From the NCBI GenBank assembly GCA_947500035.1, contig CANMQP010000004.1, forward strand, positions 158,071 to 222,070: a stretch of DNA of 64,000 bases. The letters run 5' to 3'. The translations under genes and the position numbers were made by a program. How positions within the stretch are numbered: position 1 is the stretch's first letter; each line of letters opens with the position of its first letter. The notes beneath the pieces are model-generated. The model saw only the letters and a program-made list of their open reading frames with translations. It was not told where the DNA came from and ran no database searches. Source of the stretch: an uncultured Kiloniellaceae bacterium (lineage in GTDB: Bacteria > Pseudomonadota > Alphaproteobacteria > Kiloniellales > Kiloniellaceae). This document shows positions 59,536-64,000 of the stretch, one piece after another.

Positions 59536-60750
59536 TCAACGTCGGGCTCCATGATCGATCTTCCTGCCGATGGCGGTCCCCGTTAGAAGCGTGATACAGA
59601 GCACCCCACCCAGCAGATACCAGATCAGGATGTCCTGGATTTCGTGATAGGGCATGGGCGCGGCCTCCCGCGCCGACCCCGAAGCCAGGATCAGGGTTCC
59701 GGCAAAAATCAAACGCCCACAGAAGCTCTGAAGCGACATGTAAGTCGCCCGGTTCTGGTTGCCCAGCAGGGGCTGGATTCGGGCCAAGATGAAGGGCCTG
59801 GACAGAGAGTCCGGAACCATGCGCAGAAACAGCAACACAATGGCAATCGCCTCGTTGGTCAGCGCGAGCAGGCCGCAGAGCCCGATCTGCATGGCGAAGG
59901 CAAGCAGCAGGATCGCGGGCAGCCCCAGCCGGTTGCGCAGTCTGAGCGCAAAGAGCGAGGTGATGACCGAGAGAATCATCATCGCCGCGGACACCAGGCC
60001 GCTGACGATCGGCGTGCCGGCCTCGAAACCTGTACCCTTTAAGGCATCCAGGATAAAGGGTTGGCCGAAGACAAAGGGGACGTGGCTGAAAATGTAGAGC
60101 GCGATGCTCAGCCAGAAGAACCAGATCAGAACCGGCTCGCTCAGGGCCGTTTTCATGGCTGAAAACCATGGACGGCCCGGATCTTTCTGTCGGCGTTCGG
60201 TTGTCTTTCCCGGCTCCTGAAATCGCAGCGATATGACCAGAAGAACCGCACAGGCCGCGGCGGTGGCGAAGAAAGGAAGGGCCGCGCCGTAAAGTGCCAT
60301 AATACCGCCCAGGACTGCGGACAGCGCCAGGGAGGAAAAAGAAAACCGCCACGCCCGCAATTCCTGCCGCTCGATCTCACCCTTCCGCCCGGTCGCTGCG
60401 AGGGATTCATAAAGCAAGGCGTTGTCCGTACCGGACGCAAAAGCTGTGCCGGTTCCGATGAGGACCTGCGCGAGCGCAAAGATCAGGAAAGACTCGCCGA
60501 GCGCCAGTAGGGCGGCCCCCGCAAGACCTGCCGCCGCCGAAGCGATGAGGGTAAGCCGGCGCCCTAGCCGATCGGACATGTAGCCGGACGGCACCTCAAG
60601 GAGCGTCGTGGCAACGTCGTAGACCGCGTAGAGCAGGATCGCTTCCGCTGCCGAGAGCTCGTTTTGAAAGTAAAGAAACCAAACCGCCTGCCAGAATACC
60701 AGATTCTGGCAAAACTTGAACCAGGGATAAAGCGAGACATTCTTCGCCAT
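59536..60750 (-). CDS. MFS transporter
   Basis: 12 TM helices. Start at MAKNVSLYPW (alternative MESSARS at 60777). Confidence 0.72.
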   Translation of the reverse strand: MAKNVSLYPWFKFCQNLVFWQAVWFLYFQNELSAAEAILLYAVYDVATTLLEVPSGYMSDRLGRRLTLIASAAAGLAGAALLALGESFLIFALAQVLIGTGTAFASGTDNALLYESLAATGRKGEIERQELRAWRFSFSSLALSAVLGGIMALYGAALPFFATAAACAVLLVISLRFQEPGKTTERRQKDPGRPWFSAMKTALSEPVLIWFFWLSIALYIFSHVPFVFGQPFILDALKGTGFEAGTPIVSGLVSAAMMILSVITSLFALRLRNRLGLPAILLLAFAMQIGLCGLLALTNEAIAIVLLFLRMVPDSLSRPFILARIQPLLGNQNRATYMSLQSFCGRLIFAGTLILASGSAREAAPMPYHEIQDILIWYLLGGVLCITLLTGTAIGRKIDHGARR

Positions 60751-60922
60751 CCCAGAACTGCGCGCCGACGACTCCATAAAGAGAAGTCTAATGCTTTTTC
60801 GCGCCGGTGGCGAAAGCCTCGAAATCGAAGGGCGGAGTGGATCGCGAAAACTCGTGACGGCAAGGAAAACGGCGGCTCCCACTTGAGCCGCCGCATTTAT
60901 CATTACAGAGCGTCTATGCCCT

Positions 60923-61579
60923 TTATGCAGCCTTGCGTCGCCGCATGAAACCGAGCCCGGCAAGGCCCAGACCCAGAATCGCCAGGGACCCGGGTTCCGA
61001 AACCGCAACGGCGTCCGATACGATCGTCAATTTGGCAAAGTCCAGGCCCATACCATTGCCGCCCTCTTGCTCTTCCGGCACGGCCTGCATGGTCAGGGAC
61101 ATATTGACGATACCGTCTGCGAGATCGCCAAGGATTGACCCGAGATCAAGCGTCACGATGTCATAAGAGGCATTGGTGAAGGTGCCCGTTGTCTGGAGGG
61201 CCGCATTCAAAGCGCCGGTCAAGTCGGTGCCGTCCACTTCGAAGGAGCCGACCGGGGTACAGATTGCACTTCGGCAGTCATGATCGAACAGCCCCAGCAT
61301 AAGGTTGGCCGCTGTGATCGAGGCATCCGGGGCAAAATTGAAGCTCCAGCTTTGACTGAAAAAAGACCCTCGCTGATTGTCACGGCCCCTGAAGGCGTTG
61401 AAGGGCCGTGGCTCACCGCTCTGCGCCCGGTTATAGACGGTAAGATTGATGGTATCCCCGTCGTTGAAATCCTGTTCTCCCAAAGTGATCACGGTGGCCG
61501 TGGAGACGCCCGCGGTCGAAAAAAGAATGAGCGCGGCCAGCAGCGCGCTCTGCAAACAAGATGAAATCCGATTGAACAC
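60923..61579 (-). CDS. PEP-CTERM sorting-domain protein (fourth in the window)
   Basis: Signal peptide, and a C-terminal VSEPGSLAILGLGLAGLGFMRRRKAA. Confidence 0.8.
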   Translation of the reverse strand: MFNRISSCLQSALLAALILFSTAGVSTATVITLGEQDFNDGDTINLTVYNRAQSGEPRPFNAFRGRDNQRGSFFSQSWSFNFAPDASITAANLMLGLFDHDCRSAICTPVGSFEVDGTDLTGALNAALQTTGTFTNASYDIVTLDLGSILGDLADGIVNMSLTMQAVPEEQEGGNGMGLDFAKLTIVSDAVAVSEPGSLAILGLGLAGLGFMRRRKAA

Positions 61580-61998
61580 TCAAAACACTCCCCAATTTAC
61601 ATCCGTTCCGCGGATCGGGATATCTCACCGCGGCCGGACAGCCGATTTTGTAATTACACATACACTTCAGGTTGACGAAACCTGCACGATGGGCCGTTAC
61701 TGCGAAGGAGTCATAGCAAGGATTTAACTGTTTTAAGTCATATAGATATAAAACAATCGAGACTTCATCTCGCCTGAAATGCGAAACAAAGCAACGGAAT
61801 TCTGACGACCCCAGCGGAAACAGTAAATTCAACCAAAAGTTATTGCAAGTCTGTGGGAAACTCGATCAGCCGGTCCAGGCAGGGCTTGCTCAACAGGAGT
61901 TTAGGAGGCGTTAACCCCGTCTCTTAGAAACATCCTAATGGTTTTTATCTAAAATTTTCGAGATGCACCGACAGTTTCACCTTTGAGAGGCGCAGGCC

Positions 61999-62352
61999 AT
62001 GGCCGCAAATGATCAGTATCTCCAGACCTTGCAAGAGACCCGAAACGCCGACAGACGAGCATTTGAGCGGGCTTGCGTCCTTGTTTCGGCACAAATGTCG
62101 GATCCGGGTGAAACGGATCAGGTCACCGACTGCGTCGTTTTCGATCTCTCCGCCAACGGTGCGAAAATCCGGATCGCCAGACCTCTGGCGGGCGGTCCGA
62201 TCAAACAGCTCACGCTCTATGGTCTTGTCGATTTTGAAGTGCGGCCGGCATGGAACCATGGGGGCTTTGCAGGTCTGCAATTTATGGCGAAACCCGAGAC
62301 TGTAGCGGAAACGCTGGCCGGGGTTCTTCCGGGCAGATGTCTGGAACTTTAG
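61999..62352 (+). CDS. PilZ-domain protein (putative c-di-GMP receptor)
   Basis: RRAFER ... DLSANGAKI (RxxxR and D/NxSxxG motifs). Confidence 0.65.
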   Translation: MAANDQYLQTLQETRNADRRAFERACVLVSAQMSDPGETDQVTDCVVFDLSANGAKIRIARPLAGGPIKQLTLYGLVDFEVRPAWNHGGFAGLQFMAKPETVAETLAGVLPGRCLEL

Positions 62353-62678
62353 TCTTCCCGGCGCAATCCGCAGAGAGAGAATTAGAGAATCCCCTAAGTT
62401 CAAACGTCACGTGAAACGCGTCGAAGCCCCGGTGCCGACTGTCTCGCCGGGAAACCATCCTTAACGCTGTCTGCTTCGTTTAAGAGACTGCTTCTTCCGT
62501 CCTTAAAAATACCGACGGTGATGCATCACGGCTCGTGGGAGCGGATGACAATGGGGTTGGTGGTTATTTAGATCACTTCCCAGGAGCATCCCACCGCATT
62601 TTCGCTGGAAGTCTGACCCCAATCATCATAGGTTCCGTCCCGTCCACAATACAACGATGCATTTGGCATCGAGACACC

Positions 62679-63389
62679 ATGTCCCCTGAAAATATGATTG
62701 AAGCGATCCTCGCAGGCGAGGACGTTGACGCGTTCAAACTCATTGGCGCGTTTCGCAGAGGCTACCCGGTCAAAAATTTATCCAGGCTGCTTTGCTCGAG
62801 CAACAAGCGAGCTGTTGCGGCAGGCGCGTATATCGCCAATCAGATTGGATACATGCTCAGGCCTTGCATCACGGAGCTGACGGCACTGCTCGACAGCGAG
62901 TCGGCGCAGATCCGGTCAGATGTGATTCATGGTTTGGGAGCTTGCGCGACTGTAAAACATACAGAAACACTCGGAAAACTAATCCTGGCGCTGGATGACC
63001 CCGATCCTTTCGTCCACCGCGCGGCGATACTCTCCATTGCGAGGAGCCGGGATGACACGCGCCTGGCATACGGAGTGCGGGCGGCCGCGGAACTTGCACC
63101 TGGAACAGTTTTCGAAGATCTCGCGCAGGTGTTTCGATCCTCGGAAAGGGTCGACACAGAAACGCTGGTGTGGCTCATCGAGCATCAGAACCCAATCGCA
63201 AGAAGATTTGCCGTCGGGGTGGCCTGCAGGGCCGAGATCATTTTAGACGCGGAACGCCTTGCAATTGCTGAACACTGCGATGACGAAAAAGGACAGTCGG
63301 TCCTCGACGAAATGCGCAGACGCCCCAAGCCAATGGGGGCAAGAATCGCTTGGATCAACTTTGTTCCGGAAGACTCCCCCACACACTAG
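62679..63389 (+). CDS. HEAT-repeat protein
   Basis: Repeated alpha-helical pairs with a D-P-D/V-R signature (DDPDPFVHRAAILSIARS, IRSDVIHGLGAC). Confidence 0.55.
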   Translation: MSPENMIEAILAGEDVDAFKLIGAFRRGYPVKNLSRLLCSSNKRAVAAGAYIANQIGYMLRPCITELTALLDSESAQIRSDVIHGLGACATVKHTETLGKLILALDDPDPFVHRAAILSIARSRDDTRLAYGVRAAAELAPGTVFEDLAQVFRSSERVDTETLVWLIEHQNPIARRFAVGVACRAEIILDAERLAIAEHCDDEKGQSVLDEMRRRPKPMGARIAWINFVPEDSPTH

Positions 63390-63432
63390 ATATGTGCGCA
63401 TGACGATGACGCCGCTCAAACGACGCCGCGCG

Positions 63433-63801
63433 TCACGGCTCGTGCGATCGGATCACGAAGTGCTTGGTGGTGGTTTCGATCACGTCCCAGAAGCCGCGGA
63501 AGCCGTTGGGAATCAGGAAAGCGTCGCCGGCCTTGAATTCACGGGCGAAGCCTTCGCTGTCGATCAGGCGGCAGTGGCCGGAGACGATGTAGCAGAATTC
63601 GTCGCGGTCGGTGAAGGCATGCCACTTGCCGGGCGTGCTGGTCCAGGTGCCGCAGACCAGGGATCCGTCCTCGCTCTCGAAGAAAAACCGGGTGTGATGT
63701 TGCGGGTCGCCGGAGACGACACGCTCGGCATCGAGGGTCCGGTGGACTTCGCGTTTGGGTTCGTCGGTGAAGACGGCAACGGCGAAGGGATTGTCGGTCA
63801 T
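63433..63801 (-). CDS. Cupin-domain protein (DUF861-like)
   Basis: 122 aa. GTWTSTPGKWHAF ... EFCYIVSGHCRL ... GDAFLIPNGFRGFWDV is a typical small single-domain cupin. Confidence 0.62.
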   Translation of the reverse strand: MTDNPFAVAVFTDEPKREVHRTLDAERVVSGDPQHHTRFFFESEDGSLVCGTWTSTPGKWHAFTDRDEFCYIVSGHCRLIDSEGFAREFKAGDAFLIPNGFRGFWDVIETTTKHFVIRSHEP

Positions 63802-63842
63802 GGCTTTTTGTTCCGATGAAAAGGGTCTCAGAATGACGAAGG

Positions 63843-63870
63843 CGGGATTTCTCCCGCCTTCGTTTTATCG
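63843..63870 (+). terminator. Hairpin ggcggga-tttc-tcccgcc followed by ttcgtttta (terminator-like)
   Basis: A 7-bp GC stem with a U-rich tail on the plus strand. No obvious plus-strand gene ends upstream of it, so its function is uncertain. Confidence 0.3.
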
Positions 63871-64000
63871 TCACTGCTGCGCGCAGCTTGCAGGCTCGGG
63901 TTCCCTTTAGAGAGAGGGCCCCTTTAGAGAGAAGGCGCCTTACAAAGAAGGCTGGGGCCGCATGTCCTTGGGGTCGATGCCCGCGACGGCGACGGGCTTC

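Noticed and set aside
1-64000. CRISPR arrays, rRNA genes, IS transposases, integrases, prophage structural genes
   Set aside because: No regularly spaced direct-repeat arrays were seen. No 16S/23S-like stretches and no DDE transposase or tyrosine-recombinase motifs were recognisable in any frame.

Overview
This is a 64 kb, high-GC (about 62-65%) bacterial chromosomal segment. Gene content and codon bias look alphaproteobacterial, but that is an inference.

Most of it is ordinary metabolic and regulatory backbone:
- a glutaryl-CoA dehydrogenase with a divergent IclR regulator;
- a dispersed homogentisate-type aromatic catabolic supercluster (MaiA-like GST, MarR regulator, HmgA-like dioxygenase, FAH-family hydrolase, MBL-fold hydrolase, a 573-aa FAD aromatic hydroxylase plus DUF2783);
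- DMT, MFS, BCCT-like and TRAP transporter components, and LysR, TetR, MocR and XRE regulators;
- a globin-coupled MCP, two tandem YbjQ-family proteins, CutA, and NADAR.

Four features are out of the ordinary:
1. A sharply AT-rich island of about 3.5 kb (about 22.9-26.45 kb) with no mobility genes carries a hypothetical gene followed by an ATPase gene (Walker A and B motifs, ABC/AAA_21-like) and a 4-nt-overlapping HNH nuclease gene. This looks like a Septu-like but non-canonical anti-phage defence cassette and is the best candidate for a new system.
2. There are four PEP-CTERM exosortase-substrate genes, three of them in tandem, and no exosortase in the window.
3. A CHAP-like (TIGR02594-like) amidase plus lipoprotein pair sits in a lower-GC patch.
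4. Two repeat families are present. A 133-bp highly structured element occurs twice in inverted orientation (35.6 and 57.3 kb), and each copy supplies the TAG stop of the adjacent gene. A roughly 270-bp MITE-like element with about 35-bp terminal inverted repeats lies at 54.6 kb.

Also present are a tandem tRNA pair with odd features, a tandem roughly 60-bp repeat array in a transporter/TetR promoter, and a 650-bp ORF-less extremely AT-rich tract. No CRISPR array, rRNA, transposase or integrase was found. All calls rest on reading motifs by eye; nothing was searched against databases.
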